A stretch of 64,000 nucleotides of DNA. Source: Eledone cirrhosa (taxonomy: Eukaryota). Shown piece by piece: positions 13,146 through 26,899 of the stretch (its first letter is position 1; the number at the start of each line of letters is the position of its first letter). The notes under the pieces were generated by a model. The model was given only the letters and a program-made list of their open reading frames with translations. It searched no databases and was not told where the DNA came from. The position numbers were made by a program, and so were the translations under genes. The stretch lies in assembly GCA_964016885.1 (NCBI GenBank), contig OZ024744.1, forward strand, positions 75,950,001 to 76,014,000, given 5' to 3'.

Positions 13146-13565
13146 TTTAATGATATGGGACAGGGAAAAGAAGGCATACACAGTAGTGGAAGTTAGCTGC
13201 CCAGCAGATGCCAATATAATATCAAAGATTAGCGAAAAAGAGAATATTTATACAGAACTAATGAGAAATCTGCAGATACTCTACCCTGATTACACCTTCA
13301 GATTTATTCCTGTGATTACTGGGGCACTGGAGTATGTTAGTAACTGCCTCAATATAAATCTTGAGAAGCTAGGCTTCACAGGAACAGAAAGAACACAATT
13401 AGTTAGGAAATTACAAGTTCAATCCATTAATGGAACAGTAAAAATATGTAAAACATTCCATTTTGCATCTAATAACTGCATATACACATGTACAGAAGCA
13501 AAGCATATACACATGCGCACATACAACTCAAAACATCCACATCCACACATTCAATAACATCCATA
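13146..13565 (+). mobile_element. 5'-truncated R4/Dong-like LINE, family B (RLE C-terminus + 3'UTR), within (TACA)n
   Basis: MIWDREKKAYTVVEVSCPADANIISKISEKENIY...FIPVITGALEYV...GTVKICKTF. Confidence 0.9.
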
Positions 13566-13832
13566 CAAACAAACATACATACATACATACATAAATACAT
13601 ACGTACATACATACATGCATACATACATACATACATACATACACACATACATACATACTCACATACATACATGATGGCTGCCCCCTCGTTATCGAGTATG
13701 GCCATTGCACGAAAAACATAACGACAATAATAATAACAATAATAATAATGATAATAAAAAATAAATATACATACACACACATACATATCTATATATACAT
13801 ATACACATACACACACACACACACAATAACAA

Positions 13833-14799
13833 TTAACAGTGCTGCGGTCGAATGTGGCTTTTTAGCCCAGCCAATGATCTAAAATGTCTTGCACAGAGTG
13901 GGCAACCAAAACATTCACTGGGAATAGCCGGCTGTGGTTGGAGTTCATGGACTTTTGCATGTCGTTTGAGCCCTCCTGCTGATCTACATTCTCTACCACA
14001 TGTTTGGCAAGCATGATGAGCAGCATCTCCAACAGCAGCCTGGTAGTCAAACACTGGTCTCACTTTATGTATGCGAAGATGACTTTCGAGTCCAGCTTTG
14101 CTTCGGCAGAGACTCGCACAGACGCTGTATGTCAGTACTATTGGAGGATCTTCGCCGTCTGGAAGTGCAACAGCAATGCCTTCTTCACATCCCGCTTTAC
14201 TTTCTCGTATGCGATTCGAGATGCCTCAAAGGCAACTTTTCCCTCATATACAGTCTTTCTCCATTTATTACTATCAGCAGCAATATTTTCCCATGTATCA
14301 GCAGAGATGTTAGCGTCTTTCAAAGAGGCCTTCAACGAATCCTTATACCTCTATTTTGATTTATGTGGAGGTCGTTTTCCTTTAACTAACTCTCCATAAA
14401 AGAGTTGTTTTGGTATTCTGGAACCCTTCATCCTGGCAAGGTGACAACTCCAAGGGATCTTTGATTAAGCACTAGAGCTTCTATACTCTCACACAGAGAG
14501 CTTTCCAAAATCTCGACATCGCTGATGTGGTCCCTCCAATGAACGCCATGGATCCATCTGAGACACATCTGATGGAAACACCCCATTTGTTTAAGGTGGT
14601 GTCGATATGTCACCCATATCTCGCAGGCATAAAGAAGAGAAGAGAGCGCACATGCCTTGTACACCTTTACCTTTGTCTTTTTGTATGTCTCGCCGACCCC
14701 AGAGTCGCCTTTCTAGCTTTCCGAAAGCATCATTTGCTTTCCTAATCCTGAGTGGAATTTCATTATCAAGGCTGCTGTATCGATTGACAGTGCTTCCCG
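13833..14799 (-). mobile_element. RTE LINE 3' fragment (RT thumb + C2H2 zinc fingers), decayed
   Basis: LDNEIPLRIRKANDAFGKLERRLW, YKACALSSLLYACEIW, CGRECRSAGGLKRHAKVH. Confidence 0.9.
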
Positions 14800-14807
14800 G
14801 AAAATTA

Positions 14808-15075
14808 AAGATATGTAAAACATTCCAAAAATGTTGCATCTAATAACTGCATATACACATGTACAGATACAAAGTATATACACATGCACACATACAACTC
14901 AAAACATACACATCCACACATACAATAACATCCATATCTACACATGCAGACATGCATACATAATCTACCTAGTTGATGTTGTGTAAATTCCAATTAGAGA
15001 GTCTTGTGACTATGTTAGAAACCGACTCTCTCTATTGGAAACAATTTGTGAAATTATAAAACCCGAAGAACGCAC
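14808..15075 (+). mobile_element. Dong family B 3' end and 3'UTR ending in (TACA)n
   Basis: KICKTFQK stop, then a UTR matching 13440-13565 and 29210-29490. Confidence 0.85.
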
Positions 15076-15453
15076 ATACATACATACACACACATACATA
15101 CATACATACATACATACATACATACATACATACATACATACATACATACATACATACATAATGACTGCCCCCTCGTTATCGATATGGCCATTGCACGAGA
15201 AGAACAAAAAAAAAAAATATATATATATATATACATATATATTGATAACAATAATAATAATAATTGTTTCTACTTTAGGCACAAGGCCATCAATTACCCA
15301 GTGCATTACTGGTACTTTATAACAATAATAATAATAATAACAACAATAATAATAACGACAACAACAACAATAATAATATACATATATATATATATATATA
15401 CACACACGCACACACATAAACATATCTATACACACATACACACACGATAGCAA

Positions 15454-16720
15454 CTAACAGCGCTGCGATCGAATGTGGCTTTTTAGCCCAGCAAATGATC
15501 TTAAATGTCTTGCACAGAGTCGGCAACCAAAACATTCACTGGGAATAGCCGGCTGTGGTTGGAGTTCATGTACTTTTGCATGTCGCTTGAACCCTCCTGC
15601 TGATTTACATTCTCTACCACATGTTTGGCAAGCATGATGAGTAGCATCTCCAACTGGTAGTCAACCACTGGTAGTCAACCACTGGTCTCACTTTATGACT
15701 GCGAAGATGACTTTCGAGTCCAGCTTTGCTTAGGCAGAGTCTCGCACATATGCTGCATGTCAGCACCATAGGAGGACCCTCGCCGTCTGGAAGTGCAACA
15801 GAAATGCTCTTCCTCACATCCCGCTTTACTTTCTCGTATGCGATTCGAGATGCCTCAAAGGCAACTTTTCCCTCATATACAGTCTTTCTCCATTTATTAC
15901 TATCAGCAGCCATATTTTCCCATGTATCAGCAGAGATGTTAGCGTCTTTCAAAGAGGCTTTCAAGGAATCCTTATACCTCTTTTTTGGTTTATGTGGCGG
16001 TCGTTTTCCTTTAACTAACTCTCCATAAAAGAGTTGTTTTGGTATTCTAGAATCCTTCATCCTGGCAAGTTGACCACTCCAACGGAGTCGTTGCTTAAGC
16101 ACAAGAGCCTCTATACTGTCACACATAGAGTTTTCCAAAATCTCGACATCACTGATGTGGTCCCTCCAGTGAACGCCATGGATCCGTTTGAGACACATCT
16201 GATGGAAACGCTCCAATTGCTTAAGGTGGTGTCGATATGTGACCCAGGTCTCACAGGCATAGAGAAGACAAGAGAGCACACATGCCTTGTACACCTTTAC
16301 CTTTGTCCTCCTGCATATGTCTCGCCGACGCCAGAGTCGCCTTTCTAGCTTTCCGAAAGCATCACTTGCTTTCCTAATCCTAAGTGAGATTTCACTGTCC
16401 AGGTTGCTCTATCGATTGACAGTGCTTCCCAGGTAGACAAACTGATAAACCACTCCAAGTCCTTTACCATACACATAGATATTTGGTTGACTGTACTGTT
16501 TACCAGGGGCAGGTTGGTACATGACAACGCTTTTCTTGAGACTGACAGTCAATCCTAGGGCAGTGCAAGCGTCAGAAAATACATTCAAAATGTGCTGCAT
16601 ATCACTCTGTGTGCGCTACAAGATCGCAATCATCTGCATACAAAAGGTCTCTTATGATTATACATACATATCTTCATCTACTAAGACCAAAATTGTTGCT
16701 GCACGATTGGAGTGGTTAGA
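15454..16720 (-). mobile_element. RTE LINE 3' fragment, second copy
   Basis: MQHILNVFSDAC...FVYLGSTV; ORF 15614-16294 with LLYACETW, RLRWSGQLARMKDSRIPKQLFYGEL. Confidence 0.92.
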
Positions 16721-17128
16721 GACACAGTAAAGTGTTATTTCATGGATGGATAGTGGGGTGGGGGTGGGAGAGGGAGGGCATGTTACAGCGAGAATGAAAA
16801 GAACCCTCCCACTTGTTACATGTTTGTATCAATGTTGCTGTGACTCTGTTATTGGAGGGGAAGGGAAGATATATTGTTAGAAGACTTAATAAATAAATAA
16901 ATAAATAAATAAATATGATCTCCAGGCGACAGCTGAAGAAGGGAGTGTCCCGCAGTGCAAGTAGTATACAAATTTGTATGTATGTATGTATGTATGTATG
17001 TATGTATGTATGTATGTATGTATGTATGTATGTATGTATGTATGTATGTATGTATGTATCTATGTATGTATGTATGTATGTATGTATGTATGTATGTATG
17101 TATGTGTGCATGTATGTGTGTATGTATG

Positions 17129-17164
<36 letters not shown>

Positions 17165-17174
17165 TGTATGTATG

Positions 17175-20100
17175 TTTTCTCTTTCTCTTAATTTCGAGTA
17201 TATTTTTTTGACCGGCCACCTTCCTGGTGGCAAGGTTGTAAAAGAAAAGAAATTGTCATCCCTTGAATCGCAAGAATGTTTTGCATATTTTGAAGGTGCC
17301 AGCTATCGCAGCCATTTGTAGACTATGAATTAGGGAGCTGCGCTTTTTGTCCGCAAATCCAAGTTCGGTCATACTTTGGTCCAAGCGGGTTGGTATATAA
17401 CCCGTAGCACCAATAATGATGGGTATGAAGCTAAAGGTGTATCTTGGATACTGGATTTGTAAGCTCCTCATCAATGGTCCGTAGATGTCCTCCTTCTCCT
17501 GTATTTTTCTGACAACGTTTACATCAAGTGGGCAGCTGATCTCCACAACAGAACACGTTTTCAATGTGTGGTCCCAAACTACAATATCAGGCCGGTTGTG
17601 CTTTAATTTGGTGGCAGTTTTTATTTTCAGGTTCCACCAGTATTCCTTAGTGCATCTGTCTCAATATATTCTTCCTCGTTTGTTGTTAATTTTGTTTTCC
17701 GAAGTGCGTTCCAGATAGTTCTAGCTATCCCATCGTGTCTCATGGGGAGGTAGTAGCGAGATGACATTCTTTCGCAGCTGGCAACAATGTGGCTTACATC
17801 CTCGATCTTTGTTTTACATAGCCTACATTTATTGTCAGCTGCTGGCCCTCCTCTTTTGTGCAGCAGATATTTGGTAGGGAGTTCTTGTTCCTGTATTGCA
17901 TAGAGATATCCCTCAAGGTGTGATGTCATAAACTTGTCGGAACTCCATGCCAGGCTTTTTGAGTGGTTTATCCCCTCTATGGTCTGTGTTTTACGCCTCA
18001 AGTATCCATGCACAACTTTCTCTGTAAATTGGTCAATTTTTTTTTCTTGTTTGAACATTGAATAGGATCTTCCGATTTCTCTGGGTGAGAGATTTATATC
18101 AGGCTTTATTCCATATCTCTCCTCCAGATCAGTCGCTATTCTAATGATATTTCTTTTTTCATGCTCATAAACCTGAGCAAGATGGTCGCCAACCTTTTTC
18201 CTCTGTTGAAGGTGTTGCTTCAGTGTTACTATCCGGGTTTCATATGTTGTTAATATTGATTTTAGACCCCGGCCACCTTCCTTGCGTGAGAAGTATAGCC
18301 TATCCACATCACCATTGATGTTAAAGTTCCCAGTAACACTGAGAAGTTTACGAGTTCTAACATCCATCTCACTTAGTTCTTGCAATGACCAGTTCAGTAG
18401 GCCAAATGTTGGCGTTAGAATTGGCACAGCATAGGTATTGTGGGCAATGTATTTGTTGTATGCTGACAGTTCTGATGACCATATTTTTTTTACTCTTCTG
18501 AGGTATTCAGTTCTGGTTCTCTCCTTATTTATGGGTCCATCATATCTGACATTCTCATCCTGTCCAAGATATCTGTAGTTGTCACCTGACTGCAGAGGTT
18601 GTATTGTCAGGCCGTTCATATCTAGATTTCTAGAGGAGGGCACAGCTCTTCCACGTTTTACTGCCAAATATGCACACTTGGACTCACCAAATTTCATTTT
18701 GATGTCGGTTGAAAATTGTGTAATGAGGTCCAATTGTTTCTTGATGTCATTGATATTTGGCCCATACAACTTCAGGTCATCAACAAAGAAAAGATGGGAG
18801 ATACTTCTGGGCCCACTTCTTTGTCCACCTTGTTTCCTGAGTAGGTAAGATAGTGGATTCAGTGAGAGAACGAAGAGTAGTACTGACAAGCTATCACCCT
18901 GAAAGATGCCCTTCTGGTAATGTATCCTATCAGTCTTAACCTGCTCCTTCTCACCTCTAAGGATCAAATTGGTGTACCAGTTCTTGGTCAGGCGTTCAAC
19001 AGCAGCTACTAATGGTTGTGGGACTTTAGCTAACTGTAAAGCCTTAATAATCCACCCATGAGGTACACTATCAAATGCTTTTTGATAGTCCAGCCACACG
19101 ACAGTCATGTTTCTGCGATTCTTTGTTGTTTTTTCCTGAATCATTTTGTTAGTTAGTAGGTGATCTATGCAACCCCACACCTCCCTCTTTCCACCAGCTT
19201 GCTCAGGTGTTATGATGTTGTTGGTAGCACAGTGATCTTGTAAGAACAGGTTAAGGCACCCAGTATATAATTTATACATGATGTTTTGGCAGGCAATTGG
19301 GCGGTAATTTTTAGCAAGGGTGGTTTGGCTATTTTTGGGAATGAGGAGAGTAGTGGCAGTTGATAACCATCTGGGCAGTTCTTGTGTGCCCTTAATGGTT
19401 TCTGTAAACAGCCGTATGAGATCTTGCCGATAGAAAGTGAAATTCTTCAACCAGTATCCTGTAATGAGGTCTGGGCCTGGCGATTTCCTATTCGACATTT
19501 TCTGTAGAGCTGTTTCCAGTATTGACCCATCTATGTCATATTGTTTTGTCTGGACATGTTGGCAGTAGTCCTGTTCCAGTTGTTTTAGCCAATTAGCTTG
19601 TCTGTTGAATCCGTCATCCGTTTCCCATACAGATCTCCAGTAGTTCTCAACCTGTTCTTTTGAAGGGGTGTCGTTTACAGGGATTGAGCTTTTGCCACCG
19701 AAGCTGCGATAAACTGATTTAGGATCTCTGGCAAACAATCTATTTAGCACTTGTCGTTTATGGGCTGTTGACTTATATTTTAGTCTTTCTGTTGTAGCTG
19801 TGAGTTGTTGTTTCAACTGGTGTAATTTGGAGTTCAAAGTTTTAAATTTGGTATCTCCAAATCGTCTCTCTAACTTTTTCTTTAGGTCTTCCTGGTGTCG
19901 TGTGAAGTTTCTCTCTATGTTGCATTTCATAACGACTGCGATGTGTGAGATACTTCGTCTCAGGGACAAAATTTTGGTTTTTAAATTTCGCATCCACGCT
20001 GGTTCAGGCTTTCTGTTTGTATCTTGATTGCGTGGTTTTAGATGTGTGTTATATGATAGCAATGTGACAGCTGAAACATATAACAAAACATTGAGCGTTT

Positions 20101-21396
20101 CAAATGTCGTTTCTACACCTTTAGATCGTATAGCCTTCAGATAATTGCCAGCTATTTCGTTCACCGCTTCCAATTCCAATTTAGTGGGTTCTTTACTGAC
20201 TCTAGTGTTGTATGGTCTGTCACTCACATTAAGGCTGTGTATCTCTTGAAACATATCGTTCCATATCACTTGTAGGGTGCCCACAAGTTTTTGGTGCTCT
20301 GTTTGTTCAGTAGAGTCATGAATTGCAGCCTCGTTGTTGATGTGGTGACAATTACTACTAGAGTCAGCTGACCTTTCTCGCTGTTCTTCAGTGGAAGTGG
20401 GATGGATTTCAGCAAAATTGTTGGTGAGCTGTTCACTGTTAGATTTAGCCGGCCATTCTCTTTGTCTGTCAGTGGAGGTGGGGTGGTTGTCTACAAGGGC
20501 TGTATTTGTAGTATCACTCGATTCCGTTAGATGTATCAATTTACATCTAATGATACGTTTTGCCTGTTCATTTAGATGCTTTGGAGAAAAGTCTAATTCT
20601 GGGTGTTTGGAGTTCCATAAAGTTTTTAGCCTTTGCATAAAACCGAACTTTTGGGGTTCAGATTGTTTGTATGCTTCATATAATTCTTTGTTAAGCTCGT
20701 AGCTCCACTGTATACAACGGTTGTAATTGCGATTTGGTCGAAGGAGACTTGTACTTTTTGCCATGATGAGTTCGTCTATTCACTAATATTTTGTATTTAT
20801 TTTTTTTTAATAGTCGATGATCTTCTTTAAAAGTTACGACAAAGTTCTGTCAGAATCAAATTTAAAGTTATTCACAGCTTGGGTAATATTTCTTTTCAGT
20901 TAGTTTTTAATTCTACAACTGTGTTTTAAACGTTGTTCTTGAATCGTTTGAATCGAGAACAAAAAGAACCGTTACTTAGTATATTCCTTTACGAATGTAA
21001 TATAATATAACAACGCTGTATTTATATGTTAAAGTTTATGTATCATTCATATAAATAGGTGTTCTACAACATATTCACAACATTCACAGTTCAAACACTT
21101 ATATTTTTGTTTCTGAATCGAAAACGTTACTTTTATATTTCTTTATAAATGTAATATAACAACGTTGCATTTATATGTTAAAGTGTATGTATCGTTCATA
21201 TATCATAAGTGTATGTATCGTTCATATAAATAGGTGTTTTACAACACACTTACAGTTCAAACACTTATGTAGAATTATTGTATGTAATCTTACCGCGTAA
21301 TGTAGCTCAACTTTTTCCAATATATGGTATGTTGCCTTCATGTAAGCCGTAATTACACACGTCCAATTATCGGACACTGACCACAACGGTCGCCAT
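17175..21396 (-). mobile_element. Apparently full-length R4/Dong-clade RLE non-LTR retrotransposon (family A), ~4.2 kb, inserted in (TACA)n
   Basis: Single long ORF; (TATG)n arrays directly at both ends (16975-17174 and from 21397). Confidence 0.95.
17256..20764 (-). CDS. R4/Dong ORF (N-terminal Myb-like region, RT, CCHC knuckle, RLE endonuclease) with one frameshift near 17653
   Basis: KSPGPD, NYRPIAC, WLDYQKAFDSVPH, GIFQGDSLS, HLFFVDDLKLY, CRLC..HIVASC, RHD, RPDIVV, EISCP; adding 1 nt joins ORFs 17627-20764 and 17256-17564 into 1169 aa. Confidence 0.93.
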
Positions 21397-22059
21397 TGTA
21401 TGTATGTATGTATGTATGTATGTATGTATGTATGTATGTATGTATGTATGTATGTATGTATGTATGTATGTATGTGTGTCTATATGTATGTATGAATGGA
21501 TGGATGAATGGAAGTATATATGTATGTAGGTATGTATGTGTATATATTGTGTATGTATGTGTGTGTGCATGTATGTACGGTATGTATGTATGAATGTATG
21601 AATGTATGTAAATATGTATCAACGTATGTACCGGTATGTATATATTTAAATATGCTTGTATGTATGTAAATATGTATGTGTGTATGTATGTGTGTATGTA
21701 TGTTTGTGTGTATGTGTGTGTATATATATATATGTATGTATCTATGCATGTATATAAATGTGTATGCATGTATGTATATATTTAAATATGTATGTATGCA
21801 TGTAATGTGTGTATGTATGTAATATATGTATGCAATGTATTTATTTGTGTGTGCGTATGCATATATGTAGGTATGTATATAACTATATGTATGTATATGT
21901 ATACATATATATGGAGAAAGAGAAAAGAGGGAGAAAGAGAAAAGAGAGAGAAAGAGTGAGAAAGAGAAAGTGAGGAAGAGAGATAAATCGATACATATGT
22001 AGAGGCATATATATGGCTATATATATATATAAATATATATGTGCGTGTGTGTAGTATAT

Positions 22060-22313
22060 ATATAATAAAATGAAGAATTACAAATAGAAGCCAGGACTGT
22101 CAGTCATCAGTGGTCTACTAGCCATCATAGGTATTTCTTCGCATTACAGACCATATACCTCAAGCTAGGGCAATACAATAATTTAATTTAGTTATTGTAT
22201 TGCCCGAGCCGGAGGTATATGGTCTTTAATGCGAAGAAATACCTATGATGGCTACTAGACCACTGATGATTGACAGTCCTGGCTTCTATTTCTAATTCTT
22301 CATTTTATTATAT
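22060..22313. repeat. ~250-bp near-perfect palindrome between (TA)n tracts; extra copy of the right arm at 22751-22930
   Basis: Arms of ~122 bp around ATTTAATTTAG near 22186. Confidence 0.92.
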
Positions 22314-22970
22314 ATATCATATATGCAACAACACAGCTCGCCATTTTTCATTCCTATATGCTTTCCCCTTCGCTGTGACCTGTCTTTTTCTCTTCCCTTA
22401 CTGCTATCCTCTTTCTCTCTCCCCCTTCTCTCTCCTTCTCCCTCTTACTTTCACTCACCCCCTCTGCTAGTCACCCTCTCTCGGCTATCCTCTTCCTCAC
22501 ACTTTCACTCACCCACTCTCTGCTACTCACCCTTTCTCTCACTTCCTCCATCGTCTCACACCGTACGAGATTCTTTCCTCGCTCACATCCGCACGGCCAA
22601 GATGTGTCTTTGCCTTCTCGTCAATATTCGCAAGTTCTTATGTTCAACTGAATCATTGACTTGATTTTCTCATTTTTTCCTCTCTTTACGTTGCCTCACC
22701 ATTCGTGTTTGTTACCTGTCTCTCTTTCTCCACCCAACTCTTTTTATCCCAATAACTTAATTTAGTTATTGTATTGCCCTAGCCGGAGGTATATGGTCTG
22801 TAATGCGAAGAAATACCTATGATGGCTAGTAGACCACTGATGATGGATAGTCCTGGCTTCTATTTCTAATTCTTCATTTTATTATATATATCCTATTTGC
22901 AACAACACAGCTCGCCATTTTTCATTCATATATATACTGTATATACACACATACACACACACACACACAA

Positions 22971-23047
<77 letters not shown>

Positions 23048-23076
23048 CATATATATATGTGTATATATATATATAT

Positions 23077-23213
<137 letters not shown>

Positions 23214-23658
23214 CATATGAATGAGTAAATGTATATGAATACATGTATATATATATATATACATGTATACATACATATAACATATATATGTATATAGACT
23301 AATGGATAGATATCGTCTCTGCCATGTCATGTCTGAAAAGCTGTTGTTTTGTGGGGAAAATAATAATAAAAAGCAAAATGAAATGTTTCGAGAAAGGCGA
23401 AAGAGAACGAGTTTTTGGAAGGGTTGCGTGAGATTAGACATGAAGAAAAACAATTTTTGACCAAAATAGATCAGATATATATGTTTCTAAGTCACGCTTG
23501 CCTGATATACGTTGATAAGTATCTCCTAAAGGGCGGTACAGGAACACTAATTCAGTCTTTCGCTGTTTCCCTTTACCCCTTTTATGCTTTTATGACATAT
23601 TACAGACACATATATTTATGTATATATGTGTGTGTGTGTACATATATTTATATGTATA

Positions 23659-23705
<47 letters not shown>

Positions 23706-23748
23706 ACACGCACAGATGCATATATAGATAGATATATGTGTATGTTTC

Positions 23749-23898
<150 letters not shown>

Positions 23899-24438
23899 TA
23901 TACATATACATATACTATACATATACATACACTTATGTATACACTCACAGACATACAGGCACTCATATACACACACACACACACACACATACTAGATGTA
24001 TAATGGCACTTGTATAATATGTAATTAAGCGAAAGAAATGTTTCAAAATTGGTAGAGATTATTCAAACCAGACTCACACATACATACATATATACATATA
24101 TACATACACATAGACATGTATACATACATGCATACATGCATACATACATACATGCATGCATATATACATACATGTATATAGGCATACATACTTATATACA
24201 TACATGCATGCTTAAATACATAGATACATACATACATAGATACATGCATACATATATACATACATGCATACATGCATACATATATACATACATATGTACA
24301 TATATACATGCATACATATATACGTACATACATACATATATACATTCATGCGTACGTACGTACATACTTACATACATGATGGCTGCCCGCTCGCTATCGA
24401 GTATGGCCATTGCACGATGTAACATTATTAATAGTTAT

Positions 24439-24625
24439 AGGCGGTGGATTGGTAGTATTGGTAGAGGGTCGGACGCCATGCTTTGACGCATAGAGTTACG
24501 GCCCTTGCCATTCTGAGTTCAAATCCCGCCGAGGTTAACTTTGCCTTTCATCCTTACGGGGTCGATAAAATAAAGTACCAGTAATACACTGGTAATTGCT
24601 GGCCTAACGTAGAAACAATTATTAA
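24439..24625 (+). mobile_element. SINE S1, full length with a 15-bp TSD ATTATTAATAGTTAT
   Basis: Near-identical to 5843-6032; TSD on both sides. Confidence 0.92.
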
Positions 24626-24944
24626 TAGTTATCAATTAATTCTATCGTGCCATGCCTGTGCGTGAAGATTTTTTAAAAAGTGATGAAAGACTGTGCACTG
24701 AGCCAATCCCACTCTCTGAGCGACAGTAGCTATAACCCAAAAAGAAGATAACTACTGAACCGCGGGTTTTATGTCGGAGCTATACGAGTTTACTGAGTTG
24801 CCTTCTCATAGAAGAATGCATGCATACATACATTTATAAATACATACGTACGTACAGACATACTTACAAACATACATACGTACACACGTATGTACGTACG
24901 TTCATGCATACATCTTTCAGGATAGATGAGTTTCCCCCCTGGCT

Positions 24945-25925
24945 TCTCTGATCGGCTCCTTTCTATGAGGGTCCCACTATCCAAAAATATGTATGTTACA
25001 TTTGTGAGTGTATATTCTCCGACTGTGTACTAAGGATGACGAAAAGCTTGCATTTTATCTTTCCTTTCAAGAACTTATCTGGAAGATCCCTCGATCTGAT
25101 ATTATTTTCCTACTTGGGAGATTTTAATCCTAGATTTGGAAAGGACCACAGAACTTGGAATGTGATTGTTAAACACGGGATTGGAAAATATAATAGTAAT
25201 GGCATGCTACTCCTGCAATTATGCCAGGGGTTTAGTCTTGGTATAGATAACACTTTCTTCCAGTAATGTCCATGTGTTGCAAGGAGCTGAGTGCTGGACA
25301 GTCCATCGTCTTGTTCGCACTAACGTAGAATTTGTAGTTAAGCCGAAAATACGAGCAAAATGTGTTGTTCCAAAAAAATTAAATATTGTTCTGATTAATT
25401 GCTTCAAAAAAGGATGAGAAGGTGAGAAGGTGAGACAAGATTTCAAAACTTCAATATATGATACTTCGGCATCTGTTCTTGGTTTTATTAATAGGAAACA
25501 TCAAGATTGGTTTCATGAAAGAGGAAGAGATTGAAGTAATGCTTAATGAAAAAAAGATAGCGATGATGAGAGTGCTTACAGGAGGGCATGGAGTTGGAAG
25601 GGGTGACATGTTATTGAAGGAAGTGAATGCTAGAGGAAATGGAAGTTGCTGTAAAACAACTCAATAGGTTGCTGTAAAACAACTCAGAGAGGGATGGTAT
25701 TTGTGCTCGGGTACTGAAATGTGGAAGTCGAAACTAAGCAGGGGAGTAGTCAAAACCAAACGGCCAAATCATTAAAAGAAACTCAGGTATAAATACTGCA
25801 TCAAAAGAGCTTTGATAAAATCAAAAATCAGTGAAGATAACTGGAAAGACATTTCCTTAGATCGATCATCCTCGATAGATCGAAGGAAATGCTCCTGTGG
25901 AGCATGAACAGTTAAAGAGGCGTCT
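24945..25925 (+). mobile_element. Heavily deleted RTE LINE remnant (APE and C-terminal pieces)
   Basis: LGDFNPRFGKD...HGIGKYNSNGMLLLQLC...IDNTFFQ (APE domain); later RYKYCIKRAL..ISEDNWKDISLDRSS. Confidence 0.7.
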
Positions 25926-25946
25926 GTAACCATACATACATACATA

Positions 25947-26818
25947 CCCCAGTGCCCCAATAATCACAGGCATAAATCTGAAGGTGTAATCAGAGTGGAG
26001 TATCTGCAGATTTCTCATCAGTTCTGCATAAATATTCTCCTTTTCACTAATCTTTGATATTATATTGGCATCTGCTGGGAAGCTAATTTCCACTACTGTG
26101 CATGTTTTCTTCTCCCTGTCCCATATCATAATATCTGGTCTGTTATGCCTGTATTTTATTGGGTTTTTTACTGGAACATTCCACCAGTACTCTTTCATAT
26201 TATGTACATGGATGTCTTCCACATTGCTGTAGCTTTTAATGTGTTTATTATCGGGGCTATTTTTTTTACGAACTGCATTGTACAGTGTTTTGGCCACTAC
26301 ATCATGCCTCATAGGTAGATAGTACCGCGATGACATCTTTGGACAGCTGCTGATGACATGGGTGATATCCTCGATGTTAGTTCTGCAGAGTCTGCACTTG
26401 TTATCACATCTAGGTGTTTTGCCTGCATCCCTTTCTCTTTGTGAATCAGGTATTTCGTGTTAATCTCCTGTTCCTGGATTGCAAAAGCGTATCCTTCAAA
26501 GTGAGAGCCAATATAACGGTTGTTTCCTTATCTATATTACTCTCTCTGGAGCTTCCTGGCAACATATCCATGCATGATTTTTTGCTGATAAGCATGCAGT
26601 TTTTTCATCCATGGATTCATGCGATACTGCTGAGCGACATCCCTGGGTGCGAGTTTTTGATTATCACACAGGGAATATCTCTCGAGGAGTTCCTTCCCAA
26701 CTCTCATGATCTTATCTGTTTCATGCAGATAGACTTGCTCGAGAGATGGGCTCCTACGTTTCGAGGTACGTAGATGTTGTCGGAGAGATATGATGCGACA
26801 TTCAAATGTTGTCTGGAC
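25947..26818 (-). mobile_element. Dong family B internal fragment (knuckle + RLE), truncated at both ends
   Basis: MSSRYYLPMRHDVVAK...RPDIMIWDREKK...VEISFPAD...PVIIGALG; flanked by TACA/TATG repeats. Confidence 0.9.
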
Positions 26819-26899
26819 TGATGTATGTATGTATGTATGTATGTATGTATGTATGTATGTATGTATGTATGTATGTATGTATGTATGTATGTATGTATG

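Noticed and set aside
13833-14063. Host C2H2 zinc-finger gene
   Set aside because: The fingers are contiguous with RTE RT sequence and belong to the LINE C-terminus.
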